The position numbers and the translations under genes are program-made. Source: Nanobdellota archaeon (GTDB taxonomy: Archaea > Aenigmatarchaeota > Aenigmatarchaeia > Aenigmatarchaeales > SZUA-1535). Taken from it: a stretch of DNA of 34,265 bases. Below the pieces are notes generated by a model. It had not been told where the DNA came from. It made no database searches and saw only the letters and a list, made by a program, of their open reading frames with translations. Every line of letters begins with the position of its first letter. Within the stretch, counting starts at the first letter, position 1. This document shows positions 1-10,391 of the stretch, piece by piece. The DNA lies in contig DQVX01000067.1 of NCBI GenBank assembly GCA_015661515.1, positions 1 to 34,265 on the forward strand, in the 5' to 3' direction.

Positions 1-1036
1 GGACTTTTTAGTAAAACAAAGTAAAGAACATGAAATTTTGGAATTTATATTAACAAAAAACAAAAAATTTGTTTTCTTAGATGAAGTTCAAAACTTAGAA
101 AATTGGGAATCCTTAGTTAGAACATTACTGAATCAGGGCTATAAAGTTTTTATCATAGGCTCAAGCTCAAAACTATTAAGCAAAGAAATAGCAACTCAAC
201 TAAGAGGAAGAAGCTTGAGTTATTTACTTTTGCCCTTTTCATTTAAAGAATTTTTAAAAGCTAAAAATTTTAAAACAAACGGTTTCATAACCTTTGAGAA
301 AAAAGGCAGAATTATGGAGTATTTAAAAGATTATATGTATTTTGGAGGCTATCCTGAAATAGTTTTAAAGGAAATAGAAAAAGAGAAGTATTTAAAGGAA
401 ATAATAGAATTAGTGTTTTTTAAAGATTTTGTAGAAAGAAAAAATATAAAAAACATAAAGGTAGCAAAATTGATTTTCGAGTATTTACTACAAAACTATA
501 CCAAAGAAATTTCTCTTTCAAGAATAAAAAATTATTTAAACAGCTTGAATCTAAAACCAAACTTAGAAACAGTTTCAAATTATCTTCATGATTTAGAAGA
601 TACCTTTTCAATTTTTCTTATTAATAAATTCGATTACAAAGTTCATTTAAGAGAATCCTGGCCTAAAAAAGTTTATTTGGTAGATAATGGCTTGCATTTA
701 CCCTTTAGATTTAGCGATGATAAAGGAAAACTAATGGAAAACTTAGTTTTCTTACATTTGAAAAGACAGGAAAACGAAAAACCTTTCCAAGAAATCTATT
801 ACTACAAAACAAAAAACAACAAAGAAATAGACTTTCTTGTTAAAAACAAAAATAAAATAGAACTAATTGAGGTTTGCTATGAATTTGATGAAGATCATAA
901 GAAAAAACTAATCAAAGCAATGAACGAACTAAAACTAAAAGAAAGCTTTTGCATTACATGGGATGAAGAAGAAATAATAGAAGAAAAAGGAAAGAAAATA
1001 ATGCTTATTCCTCTTTGGAAATGGTTGTTATGTTAA
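1..1036 (+). CDS. AAA+ ATPase, COG1373 (AAA_14/DUF4143) family, 5'-truncated by the window edge
   Basis: Frame is open from position 2. Walker B FLDEVQ, GSSSKLLSKEIATQLRGR, GGYPE, KKVYLVDNGL, ENLVF and C-terminal EIDF...IEV nuclease-like motifs are present; Walker A lies upstream of the window. Confidence 0.88.
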   Translation, partial: DFLVKQSKEHEILEFILTKNKKFVFLDEVQNLENWESLVRTLLNQGYKVFIIGSSSKLLSKEIATQLRGRSLSYLLLPFSFKEFLKAKNFKTNGFITFEKKGRIMEYLKDYMYFGGYPEIVLKEIEKEKYLKEIIELVFFKDFVERKNIKNIKVAKLIFEYLLQNYTKEISLSRIKNYLNSLNLKPNLETVSNYLHDLEDTFSIFLINKFDYKVHLRESWPKKVYLVDNGLHLPFRFSDDKGKLMENLVFLHLKRQENEKPFQEIYYYKTKNNKEIDFLVKNKNKIELIEVCYEFDEDHKKKLIKAMNELKLKESFCITWDEEEIIEEKGKKIMLIPLWKWLLC

Positions 1037-1040
1037 AAAA

Positions 1041-1082
1041 TTTCCTAAAAATAGTAAATTTTTTAAATATTTTTTCCTAAAA
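1041..1082 (+). promoter_or_regulatory. TATA-like TTTAAATA flanked by a 10-bp direct repeat TTTCCTAAAA
   Basis: TTTCCTAAAA at 1041-1050 and 1073-1082; TTTAAATA at 1062-1069, about 20 nt before ATG 1090. Confidence 0.4.
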
Positions 1083-1089
1083 TGAATAC

Positions 1090-2370
1090 ATGTTTGATGA
1101 AAATTTTGTTATAGAATATTTTGAAAAGCTTTTTGAAAGATTGAAAAAAGAAGATATAAAACAAAGAGAACTAAAGATTTCTTTTATAAAAAATAAAGTC
1201 ACTGCCATAATAGGTCCAAGAAGAGCAGGAAAAACTTATTTTATTTTAAAATTTTTGAAAGAAAATAAAAACTCTATATATTTTGATTTGGAGCATGCTG
1301 CATTTAAAGATTTAACACATAAAGAATTTTTTGAAATAATTTCTATTTTTGAGGAAAGATTTAAAATTAAAGTTAAAAATGTTTTGCTTGATGAGATTCA
1401 AAGAATTGATAAATGGGAGATTCTTGTAAGAAGTTTGTTAGATAGTGGGTATAAAGTTCTTATCACAGGTTCTTCTTCAAAACTATTAAGTAAAGAAATT
1501 GCAACCCAATTAAGAGGTAGAAGTTTAAGTTATTTACTTTTGCCCTTAAGTTTTAGAGAATACTTGAATTTCCGCAATTTTAACTTAAGAAAACCTTTTT
1601 CTTTATCTGAGAAAGTAAAGATAATTAATTTTTTGAAAGAGTATTTAGAATGGGGTTCTTATCCAGAAATTTTGCTTGAATGGGATAAAAAAGAAAAAAT
1701 TTTGAAAGAGTATTTTGATACAGTATTACAAAAAGATTTCATAGAGAGATTTAAGGTTGTTAATGTTGAAATAGCAAAACTAATTTTTGAATTCGTGTTT
1801 CAAAACTTTTCTAAAGAGTTAAGTATTAATAAAATAGCAAATTTTGTTTCCTCAAAACTAAGCAAAAATGTAAAAAACATTGTTTATGAATATGTGGAAA
1901 AACTCCCAGAAAGTTTTGCAGTATTTTTTGTTGAAAGATTTGAAGAAAGTGTTTATAAAAGAAAAAGTTTCATGAGAAAAGTTTATATTTGCGATGTTGG
2001 GTTAGCGAATATAATAGGAGTTAAAAAAGATTTTGGTAAAAGAATGGAAAATATTGTTTTTTTGGAGTTATTAAGAAAAACCAATGAAAAACCGTTGATA
2101 ACTGTTTATTATTGGAAAGATTACCAGGGCAAAGAAGTCGATTTTGTCATAAAAGAAGGCTTAAGGATTAAGCAATTAATCCAAGTAACTTATGCTTCTG
2201 CGAGGGATGAAATAGAGCAAAGAGAATTAAGAGCCTTGGTTAAAGCTTCAGAACTTTTAAAGTGTAAAGATCTCTTAGTTATTACTTGGGACTATGAATG
2301 TGAAGAAGAATTCAAAGGAAAGAAAATTAAGTTTATTCCTCTTTGGAAATGGTTGTTAATATCAAATTAA
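1090..2370 (+). CDS. AAA+ ATPase, COG1373 (AAA_14/DUF4143) family
   Basis: Walker A GPRRAGKT, Walker B LLDEIQ, GSSSKLL...LRGR and a C-terminal EVDF...IQVT PD-(D/E)xK-like domain. Confidence 0.92.
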   Translation: MFDENFVIEYFEKLFERLKKEDIKQRELKISFIKNKVTAIIGPRRAGKTYFILKFLKENKNSIYFDLEHAAFKDLTHKEFFEIISIFEERFKIKVKNVLLDEIQRIDKWEILVRSLLDSGYKVLITGSSSKLLSKEIATQLRGRSLSYLLLPLSFREYLNFRNFNLRKPFSLSEKVKIINFLKEYLEWGSYPEILLEWDKKEKILKEYFDTVLQKDFIERFKVVNVEIAKLIFEFVFQNFSKELSINKIANFVSSKLSKNVKNIVYEYVEKLPESFAVFFVERFEESVYKRKSFMRKVYICDVGLANIIGVKKDFGKRMENIVFLELLRKTNEKPLITVYYWKDYQGKEVDFVIKEGLRIKQLIQVTYASARDEIEQRELRALVKASELLKCKDLLVITWDYECEEEFKGKKIKFIPLWKWLLISN

Positions 2371-2711
2371 TAAAAAAGTAAAAGATAAGACAACAAACAC
2401 GCTAGAAAAAACATCCTTATAATTCTTTTTTGATTGAACTTTTTTAGGTACCAAATAATGTAAAGAGCCGAGAACAAAATTACGGTTAAAATTAATACAA
2501 AAATTCCGAAAATTTTATGGTAAAATACTAAAGGTATAACGTAAAAAGGTGCTACTACTTTAAGCAAAAAAAGCTCATTATTTTTAACTTTCTCAAACAA
2601 AACTAAAGCAATAATAAGTAAAAAGCACATAACATAAATTTCTTTTACAGAAGCAAAATAACAGAATAATAAAGAAACCACAAATATAACAATAAACTGC
2701 TTATGTTTCAT
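2367..2711 (-). CDS. hypothetical small membrane protein (about 4 TM), last gene of the ATP synthase operon
   Basis: 114-aa hydrophobic ORF overlapping the atpD end by 11 nt; fills an otherwise empty gap. Confidence 0.6.
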   Translation of the reverse strand: MKHKQFIVIFVVSLLFCYFASVKEIYVMCFLLIIALVLFEKVKNNELFLLKVVAPFYVIPLVFYHKIFGIFVLILTVILFSALYIIWYLKKFNQKRIIRMFFLACLLSYLLLFY

Positions 2712-3324
2712 TTCTCTTCTCCTTACTTTTCATTCTCTTTAATCTAAAGATATTTTCTCTTTCCATTTCTTCCAATCTCTGAGCTACAAATTTCAGTTTT
2801 TCTTCTAAATTGGAAATAATTCTAAATTCAAGTGCATTTACTTTTCTTTTTGTTTTTTCTATTTCATCTAATATTCTGTAGAGCGAGTATATAACTTCGG
2901 AATATTTTATGAACTTTATTATAAGCTTTCTGTAAGCTTCTACAGCTTCTTCAACTCTAATATTAACTCCTATAAGCTTTTTTATATCACTTTCTTGTTT
3001 TTCTTCAAGCTCAATTTGATAAGTATGTATACCCATTAACTTTTTTTGTGTAAGTTTTATTTCTGAAAAATCTGGAACAAGCATAGCTATGCTTCTTAAT
3101 TTTGTAGCTCCTTCTGTTGTTTCAGCAAGTATAAGCTTTTTCTTTGCATGCTTATAAACACTTTCTATTTCTTCAATCATTTTTTTACTTTGATTAAATA
3201 ATCTGAAAAACTCCATTATTAGTCCATCTCTTTTTCTTTTTAGCAATTTATAACCAGATTTAGCTAAAGTTATTTTTTTCTTAAGTTCTAAAAGTTCTGA
3301 TCTTGTTGGTTTTACATCAATCAT
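2701..3324 (-). CDS. atpD: A/V-type ATP synthase subunit D
   Basis: KPTRSEL...GYKLLKRKRDGL and EIEKTKRKVNALE motifs; operon position. Confidence 0.97.
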   Translation of the reverse strand: MIDVKPTRSELLELKKKITLAKSGYKLLKRKRDGLIMEFFRLFNQSKKMIEEIESVYKHAKKKLILAETTEGATKLRSIAMLVPDFSEIKLTQKKLMGIHTYQIELEEKQESDIKKLIGVNIRVEEAVEAYRKLIIKFIKYSEVIYSLYRILDEIEKTKRKVNALEFRIISNLEEKLKFVAQRLEEMERENIFRLKRMKSKEKRNET

Positions 3325-3326
3325 TT

Positions 3327-4709
3327 TTACTCACTTTTTCGCTTATAGTATTTTTGTTTTAGTTCAGGCGATATTCTTGTTAGTTCTTCTTCAGGAAGCA
3401 TTGAAAGAAGCTCCCATGCTATTTCAAGTGTATCTTCAATACTTCTATTTTCATTTATACCTTGTTGTATGAATCTTTTCTCGAACTCATCTGCAAATTT
3501 CAAAATAAGCTTTTCTCTTTCACTAAGAGCTTCTTCTCCTACTATAGCAGCCAATCCACGAAGTTCTCTTCCTTCTGCATACAAAGCATAGAGTTGATCA
3601 GCAACTTGTTTATGATCTTCTCTTGTTTTTCCCTTTCCTATCCCTGCATTCATTAGTCGTGATAAAGATGGTAATACATCTATTGGCGGATAAATACCTT
3701 TTCTATGTAATTCTCGAGAAAGTACTATTTGACCTTCTGTAATATATCCTGTAAGATCTGGAATAGGATGTGTAATATCATCTCCAGGCATTGTAAGAAT
3801 AGGAATCTGTGTTATACTACCTTTTTTACCTTTTATTCTTCCAGCTCTTTCATAAATAGTTGCTAAATCTGTGTACATGTAACCAGGATATCCTCTTCTT
3901 CCAGGTACTTCTTCTCTTGCTGTAGCAATTTCTCTCAAGCTTTCACAATAGTTTGTCATATCAGTTAAAATTACAAGCACATGCATATCTTTGTCAAATG
4001 CAAGATATTCTGCAGCTGTTAATGCCAATCTTGGAGTAAGTAATCTTTCTACTGCAGGATCGTTTGCAAGATTAAGAAATATAACAGCTCTTTCGAGTGC
4101 CCCTGTTTTTTCAAAATCTTCTATAAAACGTTGGGCTTCTTCATTTGTAATACCCATTGCTGCAAAAACTACAGCAAATTCTTCTTCTTTCCCTAAAACT
4201 TTTGCTTGTCGTGCTATTTGTAAAGCTAATTCATTATGAGGTAATCCAGAAGCTGAAAAAATAGGAAGCTTTTGCCCTCTAACTAAGGTATTCATTCCAT
4301 CTATTGCAGAAATACCTGTTTGAATAAATTCTGAAGGAGAAGCTCTTGAATAAGGATTTATAGCAGCTCCTGTAATAGGGAGTTCTTTTTCAGGAATTAT
4401 TTCAGGCCCCCCATCTATTGGTTTACCTCTTCCATTAAAAATCCTTCCAAGCATTTCTTTAGATACAGGTAATTTTATTATTTCTCCAGTAAATTTTACT
4501 CTTGTGTTTTTATCCATTCCCATTGTACCTTCGAATATTTGAACAACAACTATATCTTCGCTTACATCTAATACTTGTCCCATTCTTTTTTCTCCATTTT
4601 CAAGTACTATTTCAACAACTTCTCCGTAAGCAACATCTTCTGCTTTTTTCACAAACACCAAAGGACCTGTAATTTGCTCTATAGTTTTGTATTCTTTTAC
4701 AACTTTCAT
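3327..4709 (-). CDS. atpB: A/V-type ATP synthase subunit B
   Basis: [23 protein letters not shown] and [14 protein letters not shown]. Start moved to ATG 4709, 5 nt after GGAGGTGA. Confidence 0.98.
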   Translation of the reverse strand: MKVVKEYKTIEQITGPLVFVKKAEDVAYGEVVEIVLENGEKRMGQVLDVSEDIVVVQIFEGTMGMDKNTRVKFTGEIIKLPVSKEMLGRIFNGRGKPIDGGPEIIPEKELPITGAAINPYSRASPSEFIQTGISAIDGMNTLVRGQKLPIFSASGLPHNELALQIARQAKVLGKEEEFAVVFAAMGITNEEAQRFIEDFEKTGALERAVIFLNLANDPAVERLLTPRLALTAAEYLAFDKDMHVLVILTDMTNYCESLREIATAREEVPGRRGYPGYMYTDLATIYERAGRIKGKKGSITQIPILTMPGDDITHPIPDLTGYITEGQIVLSRELHRKGIYPPIDVLPSLSRLMNAGIGKGKTREDHKQVADQLYALYAEGRELRGLAAIVGEEALSEREKLILKFADEFEKRFIQQGINENRSIEDTLEIAWELLSMLPEEELTRISPELKQKYYKRKSE

Positions 4710-4710
4710 T

Positions 4711-6441
4711 TTATTCACCTCCAAGAGCTTTGAATTCTTCTATCATCTCTTTTTCTATTTCACTAATAATTTTTTTGTAATCTTTTTGGAATTTTATTTC
4801 AGCTATTTTTTTCTTTGCTTTTATATTCAAAATATCCTCTATCGCAACACCTCTTTCTAAAGCACTTCTTGCAAGTTTTTCATAAGAAAGTATAAGTTTT
4901 AGCATAAGATAACTTTTCTCTGGTTCACTATAGCGATCTATTTCATGAAAAGCATTTTGTTGTAAGAAAAATTCTCTTATCATTTTAGCAACTTCAAGTG
5001 TTATTCTTTCATTTTCAGGAAGTGCATCGCTACCAACAAGCTGGACTATTTCCTGAAGTTTTTCTTCTTGTTGTAAAATATTCATAGCCTTTGTTACGAG
5101 CTCTTTCCAATCAGGTGAAATATTTTTTGCAAACCATTCTGAAAGAGCATCTAAATATAGCGAATAACTTGTAAGCCAATTTATTGCAGGGAAATGCCTA
5201 CGGCGTGCAAGTTTTGCATCTAATGCCCAAAAGACTTTAACAACACGCAAAGTATTTTGGGTAACAGGTTCTGAAAAATCTCCTCCTGGTGGAGAAACAG
5301 CGCCAATTATTGTAACACTTCCTATTTTTCCGCTTAATGTTTTAACTCTTCCTGCTCTTTCATAAAATTCTGCAAGACGTGCTGGAAGATATGCAGGATA
5401 ACCTTCTTCTCCAGGCATTTCTTCTAAACGCGAAGAAATTTCTCTCATTGCTTCTGCCCATCTTGAAGTAGAATCAGCCATAAGAGCAACATCATATCCC
5501 ATATCTCTGAAATATTCTGCTATTGTTATACCTGTATAAATACTTGCTTCTCTTGCTGCTACAGGCATGTTACTTGTATTTGCTATAAGCACAGTTCTAT
5601 TTATTAATGGTTTACCTGTTTTAGGGTCTTCTAATTTAGGAAATTCTTCAAGTACTTCTGTCATTTCATTTCCTCGTTCTCCACAACCTACATAAATAAC
5701 TATATCAGCATCAGCAAATTTAGCTAAAGTCTGCTGTGTTACTGTTTTACCAGCTCCAAATGGTCCTGGAATAGCTGCAGTACCTCCTTTTGCTAAAGGA
5801 AAGAATACATCTAAAACTCTTTGTCCTGTGATAAGAGGTATTTCAGGTTTAAATTTTTCTTTATATGGTCTTTGCTTTCTTACAGGCCATTCGTGATAGA
5901 GTTTTAATTCCTTTCCATTTTTAAGTGTGCAAATTACATCTTCTAAGGTATATTTACCTTCTTTTATTTCTTTAATTACGCCTTCTACTCCAGGAGGTAC
6001 GAGAATGTAGTGTTTTATATTAAACTCTTCAACATATCCTAATATATCACCGCCTTTAACTTTATCTCCTTTCTTCTTTTCAGGAATAAATTCCCATTCT
6101 TTTGTTAAATCAAGAGCAAAAGCTTCTATTCCACGAGTTATAAAATCTCCAGATTTTTCACGAAGAATATTAAGTGGCCTTTGAATACCATCATAAATCA
6201 TTCCTAATAATCCTGGACCCAAAGTAGCTGAGAGAGGTTTACCTGTATTTTCTACAGGTTCTTTTGGTTTAAGTCCTGTGGTATCTTCATATACTTGCAC
6301 TATAACTTTATTTCCTATTATTTTAATTACTTCTCCTAATAATTTTTCTTCCCCAACTTTAACAACGTCATACATCTTAGCATGCAAATCTTTTACAACC
6401 ACAACAGGTCCAGCAATTCTGTAAATTCTTCCTTTTTTCAT
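4711..6441 (-). CDS. atpA: A/V-type ATP synthase subunit A (no intein)
   Basis: Walker [29 protein letters not shown] and [10 protein letters not shown]; 576 aa. Confidence 0.98.
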   Translation of the reverse strand: MKKGRIYRIAGPVVVVKDLHAKMYDVVKVGEEKLLGEVIKIIGNKVIVQVYEDTTGLKPKEPVENTGKPLSATLGPGLLGMIYDGIQRPLNILREKSGDFITRGIEAFALDLTKEWEFIPEKKKGDKVKGGDILGYVEEFNIKHYILVPPGVEGVIKEIKEGKYTLEDVICTLKNGKELKLYHEWPVRKQRPYKEKFKPEIPLITGQRVLDVFFPLAKGGTAAIPGPFGAGKTVTQQTLAKFADADIVIYVGCGERGNEMTEVLEEFPKLEDPKTGKPLINRTVLIANTSNMPVAAREASIYTGITIAEYFRDMGYDVALMADSTSRWAEAMREISSRLEEMPGEEGYPAYLPARLAEFYERAGRVKTLSGKIGSVTIIGAVSPPGGDFSEPVTQNTLRVVKVFWALDAKLARRRHFPAINWLTSYSLYLDALSEWFAKNISPDWKELVTKAMNILQQEEKLQEIVQLVGSDALPENERITLEVAKMIREFFLQQNAFHEIDRYSEPEKSYLMLKLILSYEKLARSALERGVAIEDILNIKAKKKIAEIKFQKDYKKIISEIEKEMIEEFKALGGE

Positions 6442-6445
6442 ACCA

Positions 6446-6757
6446 TCACCTCATTAAATCTATTCCTATAGTTTGAATTATTTTTTTGCGAAGTATTTCG
6501 TTTTTAAATTGTTCTGAAAATGGAATAATTATAGGAAATTTAAGATTTTCAAAATATTCTTTATCTCTTTGGGAAAGTTTTTCAAATTCTTCAGCTTCTA
6601 TTATTATAATTCCTGCATCTCTTTTTTCTGTAACTTCTTTTAGAATTTTAGTTATTTCTTTTCCTGATAATCCATCTGTATATTTTACATTTCTTATTCC
6701 AGCTATTTCAAACCCTAATGTAAATGATTTTTTTCCAAACACATAAATTTTTTTCAT
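6446..6757 (-). CDS. atpF: A/V-type ATP synthase subunit F
   Basis: KIYVFG...LGFEIAGI and C-terminal IIQTIGIDL; operon position. ATG 6757 overlaps the atpC stop; 6763 is an alternative start. Confidence 0.92.
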   Translation of the reverse strand: MKKIYVFGKKSFTLGFEIAGIRNVKYTDGLSGKEITKILKEVTEKRDAGIIIIEAEEFEKLSQRDKEYFENLKFPIIIPFSEQFKNEILRKKIIQTIGIDLMR

Positions 6758-7767
6758 TGCCATATCACCAAATTTTTTCTTATTTCATTTTCAGATAATC
6801 CATAGTATTTTGCTCTAGCAATTAGTTTTATGTTTCTTGCTTCTGTTTCTTTCATTATAACATAAGCTATTAAAGGTGTTATTGATAAAGGATTAGTATG
6901 CATAAATTTTTCAACAAGCTTTAAATGATATACTTCTAATTTTGCATCAAGTTCTTCAGGCGAGGATTTTATATCAATATCTTTAAAAAATTCTCCAAAT
7001 CTTGAGACAATTTTAGAATGAATTTCTTCAAGCTCCAAACTTCGTAATTCTTCAAGCTCTTTTTTAGAAATGGTTCCTGGAAAAACAAATAATTTTAAAA
7101 CATCTTCTTTACTTAGCTTGGAATGTTTAAATTTTAATAATATTCTCAAATTTATTATATCAAGTCTTAACTTTAGAAACTTTTTAAGAATTTCTCCTTC
7201 TTTTTTTAGTTTGTTAGCAATTTCTGTAATCAAACCATAATATTTTTTATCTATATAATTTTCAATATCAATAAGCCTATTTTCTTCAAACCATTTTGCA
7301 AGTTTTTTTATTTCCTTTTCTGATAAAAATTTTAATGCCTTAAGAATTTCTTCAATTGTAGAATCTTTAAGAGTATTAATTTTTTCTCTTTTTAGTTTTC
7401 CAGCACATATAAAAATTTCTTCTTGAAAATTTCCAAGTTTTTTACATCTTAAAAGGTTTTTAACATTTTCTATATCATATTTCAAAAGATATATCTCAAA
7501 AATTCTTTTCGCATTTCCATGAGTAATTTTAAGTATATTTGATAGCTCTTTTTCCAAATTTATATTTACGCTTCTTTCTACAAGCTCAAATGGATTTTTT
7601 TCTTCAATTTTTTCAAATTCATAACCTTTTTCTTCTAAAAATTTTATCAAGGTATATATATCCATTTTAAGCATTTTTTCATATTCTTCCCTTTTCAAAA
7701 GCTTACTTTTTCTTACTCTAAACCTTGTTGCAAGATAAGGATATTTTTCTTGCCTTACTTTTATCAT
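6754..7767 (-). CDS. atpC: A/V-type ATP synthase subunit C
   Basis: YPYLATRFRVRKSKLL, YDIENVKNLLR and KETEARNIKLIA; operon position. Confidence 0.95.
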   Translation of the reverse strand: MIKVRQEKYPYLATRFRVRKSKLLKREEYEKMLKMDIYTLIKFLEEKGYEFEKIEEKNPFELVERSVNINLEKELSNILKITHGNAKRIFEIYLLKYDIENVKNLLRCKKLGNFQEEIFICAGKLKREKINTLKDSTIEEILKALKFLSEKEIKKLAKWFEENRLIDIENYIDKKYYGLITEIANKLKKEGEILKKFLKLRLDIINLRILLKFKHSKLSKEDVLKLFVFPGTISKKELEELRSLELEEIHSKIVSRFGEFFKDIDIKSSPEELDAKLEVYHLKLVEKFMHTNPLSITPLIAYVIMKETEARNIKLIARAKYYGLSENEIRKNLVIWQ

Positions 7768-8318
7768 ATATTTTCACCCATTTCTGCAATTCCTTTTACA
7801 ATTTCTTTTTTTAGCATTTCGAAAACAGCTTCAAAAGACATATCTATTCTTATGCTACCATCTTCATTTTCTACTATAAATCCACCAAATAGATCAGATT
7901 CTTTAACTTGAGAATTTTTAAAAATAGATTTAACGAGGGCAACATCTTTTTTGCTTACGTAAACTTTTTTCCAATCTTTTCCAGCTTTTTCTGCTAATGC
8001 TTGTATAATTTTTTCTCTTTGTTTTCCTTGAAGGTTAAAGAATTTTTCTCTAATTTCATTTAAAATTTCTTCAATAAGCTCTTTTTTCTTTTCCATAATC
8101 ATTTCCCTTTCTTTAAGTTTTGCTAATGCTTTTTCTCTTTTTTTCATTTCTTCTACAAGCTTTTTTACTTGCTCTAATTTTTGCTGCTTTATAGTTTCGG
8201 CTTTTTTCTTTGCTTCGCTAAGTATTTTTTCAGCTTCTTTTTCCCCTTCTTTTACAATTCTTTCAGCTTCTACCTTCGCAGAACTAATTATTTCTTCTAC
8301 TACTTTCTCTATTTCCAT
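7764..8318 (-). CDS. atpE: A/V-type ATP synthase subunit E
   Basis: N-terminal coiled coil, GGFIVENEDGSIRIDMSF; operon position. Confidence 0.93.
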   Translation of the reverse strand: MEIEKVVEEIISSAKVEAERIVKEGEKEAEKILSEAKKKAETIKQQKLEQVKKLVEEMKKREKALAKLKEREMIMEKKKELIEEILNEIREKFFNLQGKQREKIIQALAEKAGKDWKKVYVSKKDVALVKSIFKNSQVKESDLFGGFIVENEDGSIRIDMSFEAVFEMLKKEIVKGIAEMGENI

Positions 8319-8330
8319 TTTTCTCGCCTT

Positions 8331-8567
8331 TTAAGCCATTCCTAAAATCATTATTGCTACGACTAGACCAAAAATTACTAAAGTTTCTGGAAGTACTGTA
8401 AAGATTAAAGCTTTAATAAAAAGCTCTTCTTTTTCTGCTATTGCTCCTACTGCAGCAGCTCCTATATCTTTTTCTGCTAGTCCTGCCGCTATAGCAGTTA
8501 GCCCTACAGCTAATCCAGCCCCTATAGCTAAAAGACCTGTATCAACTGCAGCTTTTTCTACAGCCAT
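8331..8567 (-). CDS. atpK: A-type ATP synthase subunit K (c, single-hairpin proteolipid)
   Basis: GAGLAVGL...AEKDIGAAAVG...VLPETLVIFGLVVA. ATG 8567 lies 5 nt after GGAGGTGA. Confidence 0.95.
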   Translation of the reverse strand: MAVEKAAVDTGLLAIGAGLAVGLTAIAAGLAEKDIGAAAVGAIAEKEELFIKALIFTVLPETLVIFGLVVAIMILGMA

Positions 8568-8579
8568 TCCCCTCACCTC

Positions 8580-10391
8580 CTATTTTTTTCCGAAAGGTGT
8601 ATAAGGTATTCCACCGCCTTTATAAAATTTTGTGAAAAATTCAACCCAGTTAAGTCTCAAAGCATGTAATGAGCATTCCAATAATGCAATAGCGACATGT
8701 AGTGCATGACCTAAAATAAGTATTATTATTGCTATAGGAATAAAAATAAAACCTTGAGCTAATATTTTTCCAGCAATATCATTTATTATTAAACCTAAGG
8801 AAGCTATTGCTATACCCATACCCATTAATCTGGAATATGAAAGTATATGGCTTAGTAATGTAGGAAGTTCAGCTATTCCTAAAAAGCCTTCTCCTTTTAG
8901 CAATAAAATCACACCAACTATAAACATAATTTCTGGGATTAAAGGATTTATATTTAGAGAATTTTTCCATAAAAGGAAAAATAAAATTCCTGCAAATTCT
9001 ATAAGAAGCCAGGAACCTTTTTCTATAATAGCATGTTTTATTCCATGAGCTATATAGGCATTAATAAATCCTAAAATCAACCCTATAGTTATGTGAACTA
9101 AACCAAAAATTATAGAGACAGTAAAAAGTTCATATATACCATGTATTCTTGAAATTACATGCGGAAGTTTTATTCCTAATATTTCTTCAGCACCAAAGAA
9201 TTCTCCATAAAGAAAACCAAAGAAAATAGTAGAAAATGAAGCAAGAATGAAAACATTTGATATTTCTTTTAAAGAAGGAATTTTTTTCTTTATAACTAGT
9301 GCGAGCACAAGAGTAACTATTCCATATCCTATATCTCCAAGCATAAAACCAAAATAAATAGGAAAGGTTAAAAATAGAAAGAAAGTTGGATCTATTTCAC
9401 CATATTTTGGAAGAGAATATATTTCAAGAAATGTTTTAAAACTACTTATTGGATATGGATGTGAAAGCTTAACAGGTGCTTCCTCTCTTCTTTTTACTTC
9501 TTCTGTTTTTATATAAACTTTATCCTTAGTAATTTCTTTAACAGCATTTATAATTTTATTTACCTCTTTTGCAGGTACCCAGCCTTCTATAAGAATTACA
9601 TTTTTACTTTCAGCAAATTTAAGAGGGGCTTCTGCTTTTTCTGCTTGTTCTTCAAGTCTTTCTTTCCATATTTCAAGAGTTTTTAAATTTTGTTCAGCAA
9701 GAGATTTAAGTCTTTCTTGTAGTTCTTTACTCTTCTTTTTAAGTTTTTCAAGTTCTAACTCAGGATTTATGTTTTTCATTTCTTTGATTAGTGAATAATC
9801 AAATTCATTAAAATTAAAATTTTGCAAAATTTTTCTTATTTTTTCTTCATTTTCTTTTTTAGAAACAATGAAAATAACGTAAAAATTATCTATTTTAGAA
9901 TATTTAAGAGCTAATATTTCAATTTCTTTAAAAGCTTTTTCATCAAATGTTTTTACTAACCCAGAAATAATAGCTATTTTTTTCGATTCCCAGAAAAGAT
10001 TTATATCTGCGCCAATAGCTTTTAAATAGCGCTTTATTTCTAAAAATTTTTCAAGTTTTTTTATTTTATTTTCCACTTCTCTTTGTTCAAAATTTATTTT
10101 TTCGACAGTAGAAATTATATCTTCACAAAGCTTTTCAACATCTTTTTTTGATTTTATTTCTTTTTCTTTTTTGGAAGAAACCTTAGGAAGTTTGGAAAGA
10201 GCAGCCCTTATTTTAAGAAGAATTCTTGATATTTCTTCAGCTTCTTCTAATGGTTTACCTAATTCAAATTCTCCAGGAATATAATCCTTTATATGAAGTA
10301 CTCCTAAGTTGTATAAACTTTCTATTATTTCTCTTTTCCATTTTTTATGTGTAATTATTTGTACTTTTACCATTTTTTCTGGAAAAATCAT
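8580..10391 (-). CDS. atpI: A/V-type ATP synthase subunit I (a)
   Basis: PEKM, YSLPKYGEIDPT, FGFMLGDIGYG, LSYSRL (essential Arg) and HALRLNWVEFF. Confidence 0.97.
   Translation of the reverse strand: MIFPEKMVKVQIITHKKWKREIIESLYNLGVLHIKDYIPGEFELGKPLEEAEEISRILLKIRAALSKLPKVSSKKEKEIKSKKDVEKLCEDIISTVEKINFEQREVENKIKKLEKFLEIKRYLKAIGADINLFWESKKIAIISGLVKTFDEKAFKEIEILALKYSKIDNFYVIFIVSKKENEEKIRKILQNFNFNEFDYSLIKEMKNINPELELEKLKKKSKELQERLKSLAEQNLKTLEIWKERLEEQAEKAEAPLKFAESKNVILIEGWVPAKEVNKIINAVKEITKDKVYIKTEEVKRREEAPVKLSHPYPISSFKTFLEIYSLPKYGEIDPTFFLFLTFPIYFGFMLGDIGYGIVTLVLALVIKKKIPSLKEISNVFILASFSTIFFGFLYGEFFGAEEILGIKLPHVISRIHGIYELFTVSIIFGLVHITIGLILGFINAYIAHGIKHAIIEKGSWLLIEFAGILFFLLWKNSLNINPLIPEIMFIVGVILLLKGEGFLGIAELPTLLSHILSYSRLMGMGIAIASLGLIINDIAGKILAQGFIFIPIAIIILILGHALHVAIALLECSLHALRLNWVEFFTKFYKGGGIPYTPFGKK

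Noticed and set aside
4711..6441. Possible intein in ATP synthase subunit A
   Set aside because: The sequence is contiguous at GKT/VTQ and GERGNE and is of normal length.
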